Origin: an uncultured Pelagibacteraceae bacterium
GTDB lineage: Bacteria > Pseudomonadota > Alphaproteobacteria > Pelagibacterales > Pelagibacteraceae
Length of the DNA stretch: 64,000 nt
NCBI GenBank assembly: GCA_902618205.1
Contig: CACMZL010000005.1
Coordinates: 59,184 to 123,183, forward strand
Direction: 5' to 3'
This document shows, in pieces, positions 40,483-51,465 of this stretch. The notes beneath the pieces were generated by a model, which saw only the letters and a list, made by a program, of their open reading frames with translations, made no database searches and was not told where the DNA came from. Position 1 is the first letter of the stretch, and every line of letters starts with the position of its first letter. The position numbers were made by a program, and so were the translations under genes.

Positions 40483-42276
40483 TTAAAATTCTTTTCTAAT
40501 ATTTGCAGTTAAACTGGTATTAAATGCTTCTTTATCATTTCTATAATGATCGACCATGAAACTTATATTTAAACCATCTTCTAACGCAGCCCCTATTCCA
40601 AGTGTTAGTTTTGCATGTGATGTATTTTGATCAGATATTGCATTAGCATAAATAGTTGAAGAATCATTCACATAATAAGCTTCTGACAATGAATTTATTG
40701 TTTTATTTTTACCAATTTCAAACTGTATTAAAGGAGTGATAAATCCTTGATCTATCTCTAAAATATTTGAAAAATTAAATCCAAAAGATAATGACGAACT
40801 TTTTATATTTTGATCATTGTAATTAATTGAATCACCATCACCACTTTCAATGTAATCATCTAATATCGTATAACCCAAATCTATTCTAGAATAGTAATTT
40901 AAGTTTTTACTTTTTTTTTGTTCTAATGGTTCATACAAGTAAGTGAAGCTTCCAAATAATTGTTTTCCATCTCTGAGGCCTTTATTATTTCCCCCAGATA
41001 CTTTTCTATTGATATCGATTTCTGTTTCTCCAAATCCAATGGCAGCCTCAAAATATCGATTTTCAAAAAATTGGTTGCTTCCATAGATTAATAAAGATTT
41101 TGCTGTTGCATCCATATGTGCATCATTACTTCCAATTTGAGTTTCTTGCTCAGATTGATTCAATGCTAAACCTATAGTTTTTAGATCTGTAATTTTTTTA
41201 TCAAATCCTAATGTAAAACCTTTGGTGCTAAGATCTTGACCTAAGTCTTTACCTTTGTTGTTTATTCTACCAAAAGAAAGATTGCCTTCACTCCAAAAAG
41301 CAAATTTTCTCTGTTTTTTTTCGTATTTTATTAAGTTGGCGGTTAAAGCATCAACTAATTTGTTTGCATACGGGTCGTTAAAATTTAATGCTATTTTATT
41401 TTTTGAAGTGTTGCTATTTTGAATTGGCCTTATAAAATTTAATCGGCTATTTACTCTATTTAATGACTGTGTCATTGATTGAATTGAAGCTGTTGTTTGA
41501 TTTTTTACTAAAGTTTTTACAGTATCGTTAAAAATTTGTCCTTTTGCAGTAGTAAAATTTAAAGTTGTTGTGTTTGAAATACCAGCGTAAGAGTTTCCAA
41601 CTGCATCATCAAATGCTGTTGAGTCTATTTTTATGTGATAGGATGTGTCATTTTCTAAGTCAGATGATGGATTAATAGTAATTTCAGTTGTTCCGCTTCC
41701 AGATAATAAAGATCCTGTTACATCAATCTCTATTGCTTCGCCTGTTGATGTATTTATTATATCAATATTTCCACTTTCGGCATCTACAGCTTCATTAAAT
41801 GTAAGGACTATATTTGATGATATACTAACTTTAGATGTATCATCAGATGGAGAAGTAGATATTAAAGTAGGATTATTATTGTCAACTGTCTTAAAATTTA
41901 AAGTTGTTTTACTTGCAATACCGTCAAATCCATTGAATGCAGAACTATCTATTAAAACATAGTACTCGGTATCTTCCTCTAAATTTGATGAAGGAGTTAT
42001 TATTACTGAAGCATTTCCAGACATATCCAAAATTAAGAACATTGAATTTGATGCAAATGATTCTACTGTACTATCGTCAGAAGTTTTTTTTAAAATTACA
42101 TTTCCGTTATTTGTAGTTACACTGCCTGCCCATACAAGTGTAATAGAAGTATCTACAGCAATCTGTGTTGCATTATCTGCAGGGGTGGTTGATGATAAAT
42201 CAACAGCGTATACATGCTTAGGATTGACTAAAATAATTATAAAAAAAACAAATATATGAAAATATTTATTATTCAT
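40483..42276 (-). CDS. Autotransporter with two tandem Ig-like (SbsA/Big_5-type) passenger domains and a C-terminal beta-barrel
   Basis: Signal peptide; two repeats (S-T-x-P-x-D, x-L-x-x-x-T-x-Y, IDSxAF, TTLNFxT) 113 codons apart; helical linker; barrel from FAFWSEG to the terminal Phe (RKEF). Confidence 0.8.
   Translation of the reverse strand: MNNKYFHIFVFFIIILVNPKHVYAVDLSSTTPADNATQIAVDTSITLVWAGSVTTNNGNVILKKTSDDSTVESFASNSMFLILDMSGNASVIITPSSNLEEDTEYYVLIDSSAFNGFDGIASKTTLNFKTVDNNNPTLISTSPSDDTSKVSISSNIVLTFNEAVDAESGNIDIINTSTGEAIEIDVTGSLLSGSGTTEITINPSSDLENDTSYHIKIDSTAFDDAVGNSYAGISNTTTLNFTTAKGQIFNDTVKTLVKNQTTASIQSMTQSLNRVNSRLNFIRPIQNSNTSKNKIALNFNDPYANKLVDALTANLIKYEKKQRKFAFWSEGNLSFGRINNKGKDLGQDLSTKGFTLGFDKKITDLKTIGLALNQSEQETQIGSNDAHMDATAKSLLIYGSNQFFENRYFEAAIGFGETEIDINRKVSGGNNKGLRDGKQLFGSFTYLYEPLEQKKSKNLNYYSRIDLGYTILDDYIESGDGDSINYNDQNIKSSSLSFGFNFSNILEIDQGFITPLIQFEIGKNKTINSLSEAYYVNDSSTIYANAISDQNTSHAKLTLGIGAALEDGLNISFMVDHYRNDKEAFNTSLTANIRKEF
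41553..41908. repeat. 17-bp exact direct repeat TAAAATTTAAAGTTGTT at 41553-41569 and 41892-41908 marking the Ig-domain duplication
   Basis: Copies are 339 bp (113 codons) apart and in frame. Confidence 0.8.
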
Positions 42277-42324
42277 ACTAATAATATATGATGGATTTTA
42301 TAGTTAATTAAATTAATTCTAATA

Positions 42325-43614
42325 TTAATTAAATGGATCTATTAAAAGAATAGTATCTTCCCTCTCTGGACTTGTTGAAATACTTGATATTTTTGTCTCA
42401 ATGAACTCCTCAATGGCTTTTACATAAATCTTTGCATTATTAGGTAAATCATCAAATTTTTTAATACCTTGGGTTTTAGATTTCCAACCTTTAAATGTTT
42501 TGTAAACTGGTTTGACATTTAATTGATCTTCAACAGCTGCAGGAAAATAATCTATTTTTTTTTCATTTAACTCATAAGCTACGCAAAGATTTATTTCATC
42601 AAGTTCATCTAATACATCTAATTTTGTTAATGCTATACCATTAATGCCTGAAATCTTTATAGTTTGTCTTACTAAAACTCCATCAAACCAACCACATCTT
42701 CTTTTTCTACTAGTTACAGTTCCAAATTCATGTCCCTTCTCACCCAAATGATTACCAATATCACCTGTTAATTCTGTTGGGAAAGGTCCTTCACCTACCC
42801 TTGTTGTATATGCTTTTGTAATTCCTAACACATAGTTTATTGAATTTGGACCGCATCCAGATCCTGTTGCTGCTGAAGCTGCTACTGTATTGGAAGAAGT
42901 TACATATGGATATGTCCCATGATCCACATCAAGTAATATTCCTTGAGCTCCTTCAAATAATATTTTTTTATTTTCTGATTTAAATTGATCTATCTTTCTC
43001 CAAACAGGAGCTGAATATTTTAGTATATTTGGGGCTATTTTTAATAAGTCCTCAACTAGTTTGTCTTTTTCATATATTGGCTTACCCAATCCCTTTCGGA
43101 TAGCATTATGATGTTCTAAAACCACAGCTAATCTATTTTCTAGATTTTTTTTGGAAGCAAGGTCCATTACTCTTATAGATCTTCGTCCAACTTTATCTTC
43201 ATAAGCTGGCCCAATTCCTCTTCTGGTAGTTCCAATTTTTGATTTACCAGCAGCGTCTTCCCTTATTTCATCCATCTCTCTATGGAATGGTAAAATTAAT
43301 GTAGCAGCCTCAGATAAAATCAGATTATTTTCATTGATTTCTACACCTTTAGATTTCGCTTCTTCAATTTCATCTAAAAGCGCCAAAGGATCTACAACAA
43401 CTCCATTTCCTATAATTGAAATTTTATTTTTTCTAACAATCCCAGAAGGTAACAATCTTAGTTTATAAGTAACACCATCTATGACTAACGTATGACCAGC
43501 ATTATGTCCTCCTTGAAATCTTATAACAACATCTGCTTCGCTGGATAACCAATCAACTATTTTACCTTTTCCTTCATCTCCCCACTGCGATCCAACTACG
43601 ACTACATTATTCAT
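42325..43614 (-). CDS. purA: Adenylosuccinate synthetase
   Basis: [38 protein letters not shown]. Confidence 0.98.
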   Translation of the reverse strand: MNNVVVVGSQWGDEGKGKIVDWLSSEADVVIRFQGGHNAGHTLVIDGVTYKLRLLPSGIVRKNKISIIGNGVVVDPLALLDEIEEAKSKGVEINENNLILSEAATLILPFHREMDEIREDAAGKSKIGTTRRGIGPAYEDKVGRRSIRVMDLASKKNLENRLAVVLEHHNAIRKGLGKPIYEKDKLVEDLLKIAPNILKYSAPVWRKIDQFKSENKKILFEGAQGILLDVDHGTYPYVTSSNTVAASAATGSGCGPNSINYVLGITKAYTTRVGEGPFPTELTGDIGNHLGEKGHEFGTVTSRKRRCGWFDGVLVRQTIKISGINGIALTKLDVLDELDEINLCVAYELNEKKIDYFPAAVEDQLNVKPVYKTFKGWKSKTQGIKKFDDLPNNAKIYVKAIEEFIETKISSISTSPEREDTILLIDPFN

Positions 43615-44423
43615 CTAAATTTCTTATCTATAGTAAAACTATTTAAATGGTTAATTGGTCCATTTCCTTTTCCAAAGTTTGGTCTTGTCCTAATGGCATT
43701 ATTTACATATCTAATACCCAACTCACAAGATTTCTTTAGACTTTTTCCACATCCATAATACGTTGCAATTGCACTTGATAATGTACATCCAGTTCCATGA
43801 GTATTTTTTGTTTTAATTTTTTTATTTATAAATATTGCAGTTTCTTTTTTATTTACGAAGATATCTTTTAAGTTTTTAGAACTTAAATGACCACCTTTAA
43901 TTAAAACATTCTTAGCACCTAAATCTAATAATATTTTAGCAGCATTTTTCATATCCAATATAGATTTAATTTTTATTTTAGTTAGTATTTCTGCTTCAGG
44001 AATATTTGGCGTTATTAAATCAACTTTTTTTATAAGTTTTTTTTTCATAACTAAAATAGCTTTGTTATCAATAAGCTTAGCTCCGCCTTTGGCTACCATA
44101 ACAGGATCTAATATTATTTTTTTTAAATTCGATTTCTTTATTGATTTCAATACTGAGTTTATAACTTGAGTAGAATGCAGCATTCCTATCTTTACTGAAT
44201 CTGGCCTGATATCTTTTGAGGTAAATTCGATTTGATTAGAAATTTCTTTACTAGGTATGGGTATTATAGACTTAACACCTGTTGTATTTTGTGCTGTTAC
44301 TGCTGTAATTGCTGTCATAGCATAAGAGCCAAGGGAGGTAACTGATTTAATATCTGCTTGAATGCCAGCTCCACCAGAGGAGTCTGATCCTGCAATTATT
44401 AGTATTTTAGATTTAATTTTCAA
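43611..44423 (-). CDS. thiD: Hydroxymethylpyrimidine/phosphomethylpyrimidine kinase
   Basis: [45 protein letters not shown]. Confidence 0.96.
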   Translation of the reverse strand: MKIKSKILIIAGSDSSGGAGIQADIKSVTSLGSYAMTAITAVTAQNTTGVKSIIPIPSKEISNQIEFTSKDIRPDSVKIGMLHSTQVINSVLKSIKKSNLKKIILDPVMVAKGGAKLIDNKAILVMKKKLIKKVDLITPNIPEAEILTKIKIKSILDMKNAAKILLDLGAKNVLIKGGHLSSKNLKDIFVNKKETAIFINKKIKTKNTHGTGCTLSSAIATYYGCGKSLKKSCELGIRYVNNAIRTRPNFGKGNGPINHLNSFTIDKKFR

Positions 44424-44424
44424 T

Positions 44425-45756
44425 TTATTGTATAGATTTTTTTATTATATTAACACAGAATTTATTTAATCTTGAGTCTTCAGACTCGATCATAATTCTT
44501 ATTTTAGGTTCTGTTCCAGATTTCCTCACCAGAATTCTACCTTTATTATTTATAATTTTTTTTGCTTGAATAATTGCTCTTTTACATTTTGGAGTATTAA
44601 TTATTGATTTATCTCTAACTTCTACATTCTCTAATATTTGGGGAGTGGGCTTAAATTTATTGAAAAGTTCACTTGCTTTTTTCCTTTTTCTTAAAGAAAA
44701 AAGTATTTCTAAAGCCACTAATAATCCGTCACCAGTTGTTGCAAACTTTCCAAGTATTATGTGGCCTGATTGTTCTCCTCCTAAATTAAATTTATTTTTT
44801 TTCATTTTTTCTTTTACATATCTATCTCCCACATTTGATCTTAAAAATTTAATTCCATTGTTTTTAAAAAAATTTTCTAAACCATAATTTGACATTAATG
44901 TACCAATGACACCTCCTTTTAAAATTTTTTTTCTTTTCCATCTCTCACCTAACATCGCAAGAATTTTATCTCCATCAATAATCTTTCCTTTTTCATCACA
45001 GACAATTATTCTGTCAGCATCTCCATCCAATGAAATACCTATATGAGCTTTATTTTTTTTTGTCATTTGACAAATTTTACTTGGGTAAGTAGATCCGGAT
45101 TTGAGATTTATATTTAAACCATTGGGAGATGTGCCTGTGTCATATACTTTAGCACCTAATGATTTAAATAAAGCTGGACCAGCTTTGTAGCCAGCTCCGT
45201 TGGCACAATCTAAAGCAATTTTAATACCTTTTAAACTTAATGAGGATGGGAAATTTTGTTTTAATATTTTAATATAACTATCGTTAGCATCCTCTAATCT
45301 TTTAACTCTCCCCAATTCTATTGGTTTTGATAGATTTTTAGTAATCTTTGAATCAATTAGTTTTTCAATTTTCTTCTCAATTCTATCAGATAATTTAAGT
45401 CCATCAGGTCCAAATAACTTTAATCCATTGTCGTGATATGGATTATGAGATGCAGTAATCATTATACCCATATTAGCTCTCATTTTTTTTGTTAGCATCG
45501 CTAAACCATTTGTTGGAAGGGGTCCCAAAGTATAAATATGCATTCCTGCTGACGCCAATCCAGACACTAAAGCTGGTTCAAGTGTATAACCTGATAATCT
45601 AGTGTCTTTTGCAATAATTGCCATTTGTTTACTTTTTTTTATATTTTTAAAGTATGTTCCCGCTGCTAAGCCAAATTTGAAAAACATTTCTCCATTTATT
45701 TTAGATCCATTAACTTTTCCTCTAATTCCGTCTGTTCCAAAATATTTTTTAATCAT
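44425..45756 (-). CDS. glmM: Phosphoglucosamine mutase
   Basis: FGTDGIRG, ITASHNP, DGDADR, GGEQSGH, RKSGTEP. Confidence 0.97.
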   Translation of the reverse strand: MIKKYFGTDGIRGKVNGSKINGEMFFKFGLAAGTYFKNIKKSKQMAIIAKDTRLSGYTLEPALVSGLASAGMHIYTLGPLPTNGLAMLTKKMRANMGIMITASHNPYHDNGLKLFGPDGLKLSDRIEKKIEKLIDSKITKNLSKPIELGRVKRLEDANDSYIKILKQNFPSSLSLKGIKIALDCANGAGYKAGPALFKSLGAKVYDTGTSPNGLNINLKSGSTYPSKICQMTKKNKAHIGISLDGDADRIIVCDEKGKIIDGDKILAMLGERWKRKKILKGGVIGTLMSNYGLENFFKNNGIKFLRSNVGDRYVKEKMKKNKFNLGGEQSGHIILGKFATTGDGLLVALEILFSLRKRKKASELFNKFKPTPQILENVEVRDKSIINTPKCKRAIIQAKKIINNKGRILVRKSGTEPKIRIMIESEDSRLNKFCVNIIKKSIQ

Positions 45757-45758
45757 TT

Positions 45759-46808
45759 TTAGTTTTGTAATTCTTTGAATACTTTAAATGCTTGATTAAT
45801 TTCTTTAATATCATGAACCCTTAGAATTTGAACTCCTTGAAGGTATGCTTGAATACATGAAGATACAGTTCCACCAATCCTTTCTTTAGTATCATTTTCT
45901 CTTGAAATATCCTTAATAAATCTTTTTCTAGACAAACCCAACATTACAGGAAGGCCTAGTGAATGAAAAATAGAAATATTCTTTAAAAGAGTAATATTAT
46001 GTTTCAAATTTTTTCCAAATCCGATACCTGGATCTAATATAATATTATTATGCTTGATACCTTCGTTTCTTAAATATTTTAATTTATTTTCAAAGAAATC
46101 ATAAATATCAAGTAATACATTATTGTAAGATGGTTTTAATTGCATATTTTTTGGTGTTCCTTTCATGTGATGAATGACAAAAGGTTTTTTTGTTTTTTTT
46201 AAATAATTTATAGTCTCAGGATCATAACTTAGTCCAGAAACATCATTTATAAGATCTACTTTTATTTTAGAGGCATTCTTCATCACAAAACTTTTTCTAG
46301 TATCTAATGAAACAAAACTTTTTTTATTTTTTAAAATTTTTAAGATAAACTTTATTCTATCCCATTCTTTTCTAGGATTAATATCTTGTGCACCTGGTCT
46401 TGTAGACTCTCCACCAACGTCTATTATCTTTGCGCCATTTGATAATAAGTTATTCACATGTTTTAACGCTAAATTTTTTTTATTATATTTGCCACCATCT
46501 GAGAAACTGTCTGGAGTTAAATTAACAATGCCCATCAAAATAGGGATATCCGATAAATTTACTTGTTTAAAAATTTTCTTTTTTTTTATATTTTTTAAAT
46601 CTCTATAAACTTTTTTTTTTAATTTAGTTGAAAGTTTGCTAATATCTTTAATATTGATTATTTTGTTTTTTTTTCTGTCAATGATTTCTAATTTATCAAA
46701 AGAAATATGATTGTAACCATTAAGAGGAATAGATTTTTTTTTTTTTATGTATGTTTTTGATGTTGTTCCGTAATAAAAATTACACGCTCTAGTGTAATAT
46801 TTATTCAT
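45759..46808 (-). CDS. folP: Dihydropteroate synthase with ~80-aa N-terminal extension
   Basis: MGIVNLTPDSFSDGG, DVGGESTRPG, DPGIGFGK, SRKRF, RVHD. Confidence 0.95.
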   Translation of the reverse strand: MNKYYTRACNFYYGTTSKTYIKKKKSIPLNGYNHISFDKLEIIDRKKNKIINIKDISKLSTKLKKKVYRDLKNIKKKKIFKQVNLSDIPILMGIVNLTPDSFSDGGKYNKKNLALKHVNNLLSNGAKIIDVGGESTRPGAQDINPRKEWDRIKFILKILKNKKSFVSLDTRKSFVMKNASKIKVDLINDVSGLSYDPETINYLKKTKKPFVIHHMKGTPKNMQLKPSYNNVLLDIYDFFENKLKYLRNEGIKHNNIILDPGIGFGKNLKHNITLLKNISIFHSLGLPVMLGLSRKRFIKDISRENDTKERIGGTVSSCIQAYLQGVQILRVHDIKEINQAFKVFKELQN

Positions 46809-46814
46809 TAACGC

Positions 46815-48707
46815 TTAGTGCACTATCTTTGGTTTTAGGCCCATTGAACCAAGTGCTGAGCTTTGATCATCATCTTCGACTTTGAGATCTTCTTTATTCT
46901 TAGGATATATATTTTTATTTATTAAATCTTCAATTTCGGCACCTGTTAAAGTTTCATAAGTAAGTAAGGCTTTTGCTAGTTTATGCAGATCATCAATTTT
47001 TTCAGTCAATACTTTTCTTGCTCTCTCGTAACCCATATCAACAAATTTTCTAATTTCGCTATCAACTTTTCTAGCTGTTTCCTCAGACATATTTTGCTGT
47101 CTTGCAACAGACCTTCCTAAAAATACTTCTTCTTCGTTTTCACCATAAGCAACTGGTCCCATTTCCTTACTTAATCCAGCTCTCATAACCATGGCTCGTG
47201 CTCTTTTAGTTGCCTGTTCAATATCGCTTGCTGCTCCAGTAGTTACTTTGTCATCTCCAAAAATTATTTCTTCCGCAACTCTTCCGCCCATTGCTATGGC
47301 CATTTGTGCTTGAAGTTGTTCTCTTGTTTGAGAAACTTCATCCCTTTCAGGTAATTGCATAACCATTCCTAGGGCTCTTCCTCTTGGTATTATTGTTGCT
47401 TTATGTATAGGATAAGCGGCTTTTTCATTTATTGTTACAATTGCATGTCCAGCTTCATGGTAAGCAGTTAATTTTTTCTCTTCCTCTGACATCACCATAG
47501 ATCTTCTTTCAGATCCCATCATTACTTTATCTTTAGCTTCTTCAAATTCTTGATACGTCACAATTCTTTTGTTTTTTCTTGCAGCTAGCAATGCTGCCTC
47601 GTTTACAAGATTTGCTAAATCTGCTCCAGAAAATCCAGGTGTTCCTCTAGCTACTGTTCTTAGATTTACATCGGGTGCCATTGATATTTTCTTTGCGTGT
47701 ACTTTTAAAATTTTCTCTCTACCGATTAGATCTGGATTAGAGACAACAACCTGTCTGTCAAATCTTCCTGGTCTTAAAAGAGCTGGATCTAATACATCTG
47801 GTCTATTAGTTGCAGCAATAATAATTACGCCTTCATTAGTATCAAAACCATCCATCTCAACTAATAACTGATTAAGCGTTTGTTCTCTTTCATCATTTCC
47901 TCCACCAAGACCTGCTCCTCTGCTTCTTCCTACTGCATCAATCTCATCAATGAATATTATACACGGAGAATGTTTTTTACCTTGCTCAAACATATCTCTA
48001 ACTCTCGAAGCTCCAACACCAACAAACATTTCAACGAAATCTGATCCAGATATAGTGAAAAAAGGAACTCCAGCTTCACCAGCAATCGCTCTTGCCAATA
48101 AGGTCTTACCAGTTCCTGGGGGACCTACTAGTAAACAACCTCTTGGTATCTTACCACCTAATCTGCTAAACTTTCTTGGATCTTTTAAAAATTCAACTAC
48201 CTCTTCTACTTCCTCTTTGGCTTCCTCAACGCCAGCAACGTCATTAAAAGTAACTTTTCCTTTTACTTCATTCATCATTTTTGCTTTCGATCTTCCAAAG
48301 CCCATGGCTCCACCTTTTCCTCCTTGCATTTGTCTCATGAAGAAAATCCATACGGCAATCAATAAAAGCATCGGGAACCATGAAAGAAGTATTCCTAATA
48401 ATGAAGGCATTTTTTCCTCTAATGGACTAGCGGAGATGCTAACACCTTTATCACTTAGTTTCTGGATTAAGTTAGGATCCTCAGGTGCATAAGTGGTAAA
48501 TTGTTTTCCATTTGATAATACACCTTTTATATTTTTTCCTTGTATCTCTACTTTAACTACTCTTCCATTATCGACTTCAGTTAAGAATTCTGAGAAAATA
48601 ATTTTATTTTTTTGAGAAATCGAACCTTGTGGGTTTTTAAACATATTATAAAGACCAATCGTTAAAATAACGATTATTCCCCACATAGCTAAGTTTTTAA
48701 AATTCAT
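46815..48707 (-). CDS. ftsH: ATP-dependent zinc metalloprotease FtsH
   Basis: [25 protein letters not shown]. Confidence 0.98.
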   Translation of the reverse strand: MNFKNLAMWGIIVILTIGLYNMFKNPQGSISQKNKIIFSEFLTEVDNGRVVKVEIQGKNIKGVLSNGKQFTTYAPEDPNLIQKLSDKGVSISASPLEEKMPSLLGILLSWFPMLLLIAVWIFFMRQMQGGKGGAMGFGRSKAKMMNEVKGKVTFNDVAGVEEAKEEVEEVVEFLKDPRKFSRLGGKIPRGCLLVGPPGTGKTLLARAIAGEAGVPFFTISGSDFVEMFVGVGASRVRDMFEQGKKHSPCIIFIDEIDAVGRSRGAGLGGGNDEREQTLNQLLVEMDGFDTNEGVIIIAATNRPDVLDPALLRPGRFDRQVVVSNPDLIGREKILKVHAKKISMAPDVNLRTVARGTPGFSGADLANLVNEAALLAARKNKRIVTYQEFEEAKDKVMMGSERRSMVMSEEEKKLTAYHEAGHAIVTINEKAAYPIHKATIIPRGRALGMVMQLPERDEVSQTREQLQAQMAIAMGGRVAEEIIFGDDKVTTGAASDIEQATKRARAMVMRAGLSKEMGPVAYGENEEEVFLGRSVARQQNMSEETARKVDSEIRKFVDMGYERARKVLTEKIDDLHKLAKALLTYETLTGAEIEDLINKNIYPKNKEDLKVEDDDQSSALGSMGLKPKIVH

Positions 48708-48771
48708 AGAGCATTAAATTAAGAATTATTAGTAAATTAACAAGTGTCAATTTGATCATTTAACAAAAAAA

Positions 48772-49878
48772 TTATCGTTTTTCTGGGTAAATAATCACCG
48801 AATCTTGAATTTTTTGAATAATACATCCAGAAAGTGTCAATTTTACGTTTTTGTTTGAAAACTTTATAGAATCTATAAGACTATTCACTTTTTTGCCTCT
48901 TGGATAGTTTTTTTTCCAACTAATGCGTTTAATTACTTGCATAATACTTCTCAAAATAATTTCCTCAGGGTTATTAAAAAATGATTGATTTAATATTATT
49001 TTTTTATCTTTCTCAAAATACTTTGAGTTTTCTAAAATATTTTTATCAACATAAAATTCGATTACTTGATCACTTTTTGACAAATTTTTTAAAGTTAAAT
49101 AGAATTTATTAAAACTTAGACCTTCTTTATCTAAATTTATTAGAAGTTTTCTAATTCTACTCCTTAAAAATTTATCATCATTATTTGTGGGATCATCTAT
49201 AAAAAATCCAAAAGTTTTTTTATTTATTTTAAGTAGATCTTTTTTTGAAATAGATAGAAATGGTCTAATAACATTAATTCCATTATAAATTATCACTTTT
49301 TTTTCAAAAGAAACAAGTCCTTTTAAACCAGAACCTCTCAGAAATCTTATAAAAAAATTTTCAATTAGATCATCTTTATGATGGCCTAATATAAGATAGT
49401 CTATTTTTTGTTTATTGCACTCTTCAAAAAATAAATCATATCTTAAGTCTCTTGCAAAAGACTGTATATTCTTATTAATTTTAACAATTTTTTTTGAGAG
49501 AATTTTACAATTAATTTTAAAGTTTTGTTTAAGTTTATACTTCAAGTTTTTAGCTTCGATTGTAGATTCTTTTCTTAGTTTATGATCTATTATTACAGGG
49601 TACAATTTAATATGATGTTTTAAAGCATAGCACTGAGAGAAAAATAAAACAGCTAAGCTGTCAGCACCACCAGATACTCCAACCATAATCTTTTTATTGG
49701 TCAAATCCATAGATGCGAGATTATTTGAAAATAGGTTATATAATTTTCTTACCTGGGGATCCTTTAATTTTGTTAGGTAAAAATTAAGAGTTTTCTTTGT
49801 TACACTCAAACTTTTTCTCTTCATATTTAGCTTTTTGAAGAACTGATTGAGTAGCATTTGGATACTGTTTTTTAACAC
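48772..49878 (-). CDS. tilS: tRNA(Ile)-lysidine synthetase; true start probably 49824 (MKRKS...)
   Basis: VSGGADS, DHKLR, ARDLRY, GHHKDD, IRPFL, DPTN; position between cpoB and ftsH. Confidence 0.93.
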   Translation of the reverse strand: MLKNSIQMLLNQFFKKLNMKRKSLSVTKKTLNFYLTKLKDPQVRKLYNLFSNNLASMDLTNKKIMVGVSGGADSLAVLFFSQCYALKHHIKLYPVIIDHKLRKESTIEAKNLKYKLKQNFKINCKILSKKIVKINKNIQSFARDLRYDLFFEECNKQKIDYLILGHHKDDLIENFFIRFLRGSGLKGLVSFEKKVIIYNGINVIRPFLSISKKDLLKINKKTFGFFIDDPTNNDDKFLRSRIRKLLINLDKEGLSFNKFYLTLKNLSKSDQVIEFYVDKNILENSKYFEKDKKIILNQSFFNNPEEIILRSIMQVIKRISWKKNYPRGKKVNSLIDSIKFSNKNVKLTLSGCIIQKIQDSVIIYPEKR

Positions 49879-50788
49879 CAGCTATCATCAAGCAACCCTG
49901 ATCTTTCTCTCCTATTTGAACTAAAGATACACCAAGCTTCAAAAGGTTAATAGGTGCTTTTTCACTCTTTGGATATTTTTGATAACCTTCTAAATAAGCA
50001 GATGCTGCATCTGTATAAAGCTGTCTTATTCTAAAAGTCTCTGCATACCAATATTGTGCATTTCCAGAAAGGTCATTATCTGGATTTGTGTCCACAAATT
50101 CTCTAAACGCTCTTTCTGCCATATTATAATCTCCAACTTTTAAAAAACTTGTTGCAAATTCATATTGTTCTAATGGAGATGCGTCAGGTAAAATTTTTTC
50201 CTCATTAATAAAATTTTCTGTTAAAACAGTTTTAGTTGTCTCAACAGATTTAATTGCTTGTGTCTCACTTGTGTCTGTCATATCTTTATAAGATATTGTT
50301 CCTAAATCTTGAGGTTGAGATGTGCCTGGCATAATTTTTTTGCTGGCTAGATTTGTCTCTGAATTTTCATTTGTTAATAAATTTTGTTCATTAATTTCAT
50401 TTTTTTTAACAAGGCTAGAATTGTTTTCTAAATCTTGAAATCTTAATTGGTTATCAGCTTGTGTTTTGGACAGTCTAGACGATAATTTGTCTACTTTAAA
50501 ATTAATTTCCTCAAATTTGTTAGTCAAATTTTGAAATTGTTTTTCTATTTCAGATAATTTTAACAAATGTCTTGTCAAGACATCTTCCGTTTCTTTATTT
50601 GACAAAGAGGTTTCTGCTCCAGTTTTTTTCTGAAATGACTCTGAATAAACTGCTCTTTCCAATGTTCTAAGATCTTTTTGAATAATTTCTAAGATTTCTC
50701 TCATATTCAATTCCTCAGAACCTGCACTAAATGTAATAAAAAAAATAGAAATTATATAAATAAAAATATTAATAAACTTTTTAAACAT
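49784..50788 (-). CDS. cpoB: Tol-Pal associated CpoB/YbgF
   Basis: Signal peptide, coiled coil, TPR (NAQYWYAE, LLKLGVSL); downstream of pal. Confidence 0.9.
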   Translation of the reverse strand: MFKKFINIFIYIISIFFITFSAGSEELNMREILEIIQKDLRTLERAVYSESFQKKTGAETSLSNKETEDVLTRHLLKLSEIEKQFQNLTNKFEEINFKVDKLSSRLSKTQADNQLRFQDLENNSSLVKKNEINEQNLLTNENSETNLASKKIMPGTSQPQDLGTISYKDMTDTSETQAIKSVETTKTVLTENFINEEKILPDASPLEQYEFATSFLKVGDYNMAERAFREFVDTNPDNDLSGNAQYWYAETFRIRQLYTDAASAYLEGYQKYPKSEKAPINLLKLGVSLVQIGEKDQGCLMIAGVKKQYPNATQSVLQKAKYEEKKFECNKENS

Positions 50789-50816
50789 TAAATTATTCTT
50801 TAATTATAATGATGGC

Positions 50817-50860
50817 AAAAAAAAGACCCTTAAATTATTTATAATAATTTCAGGGTCTTT
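50817..50860 (-). terminator. Intrinsic terminator after pal
   Basis: Minus strand AAAGACCCT-G-AAATTATT-ATA-AATAATTT-A-AGGGTCTTT running into a T8 tract. Confidence 0.8.
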
Positions 50861-50877
50861 AAATATTTAAAATAGCT

Positions 50878-51366
50878 TTAATTAGCTTTTACAGTTACAG
50901 ATCTTCTATTCTTAGACCAAGAAAGTGGATTTGAACCTGAGTCAACTGGTCTTTCTTTTCCATAACTTATTACTGAAATTCTATCAGCGGATATTCCATA
51001 AGTGATCAGATAATCTTTGGCAGCATTTGCTCTTCTTTCGCCTAATGCCAAGTTATATTCTCTTGTTCCTCTTTCATCGGCATGACCTTCGACTACAACA
51101 TTGATGCTAGAATTTTCTCTTAACCAATTTGCTTGTTTTCTTAATGTGTCTCTTGATTTAGTTGTTAAAATAGATTCGTTTGTCGCAAAAAATACTCTGT
51201 CCGGAACACCGTCAGCTAAATATTTAACTGTATCAGTTCCTGTGTAGACATCACCTTGCATTTGACCTTCAACTGTCGTCGTGGTTTTTTTCGTAGCACA
51301 AGCCGATACGATTAAACTTAATAATATAACTAGAAAAGTATTTCTAAATGATTTGCTAAAATTCAT
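50878..51366 (-). CDS. pal: Peptidoglycan-associated lipoprotein
   Basis: Lipobox VSAC, EGHADERGTREYNLALGERRA, SYGKERP; AAGGAG Shine-Dalgarno upstream. Confidence 0.97.
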   Translation of the reverse strand: MNFSKSFRNTFLVILLSLIVSACATKKTTTTVEGQMQGDVYTGTDTVKYLADGVPDRVFFATNESILTTKSRDTLRKQANWLRENSSINVVVEGHADERGTREYNLALGERRANAAKDYLITYGISADRISVISYGKERPVDSGSNPLSWSKNRRSVTVKAN

Positions 51367-51465
51367 TAATGCTCCTTAATAATTAATTAGAACTTTTTCA
51401 CAACTAATTAAATGTTTCAAGCATAAAAATCAACTTAATTTATATTAAAAATTAATAAAAAAGCC

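Noticed and set aside
51376-51404. Inverted repeat TTAATTAG-N13-CTAATTAA upstream of pal
   Set aside because: Almost entirely A/T with a long loop; not distinguishable from chance by eye.
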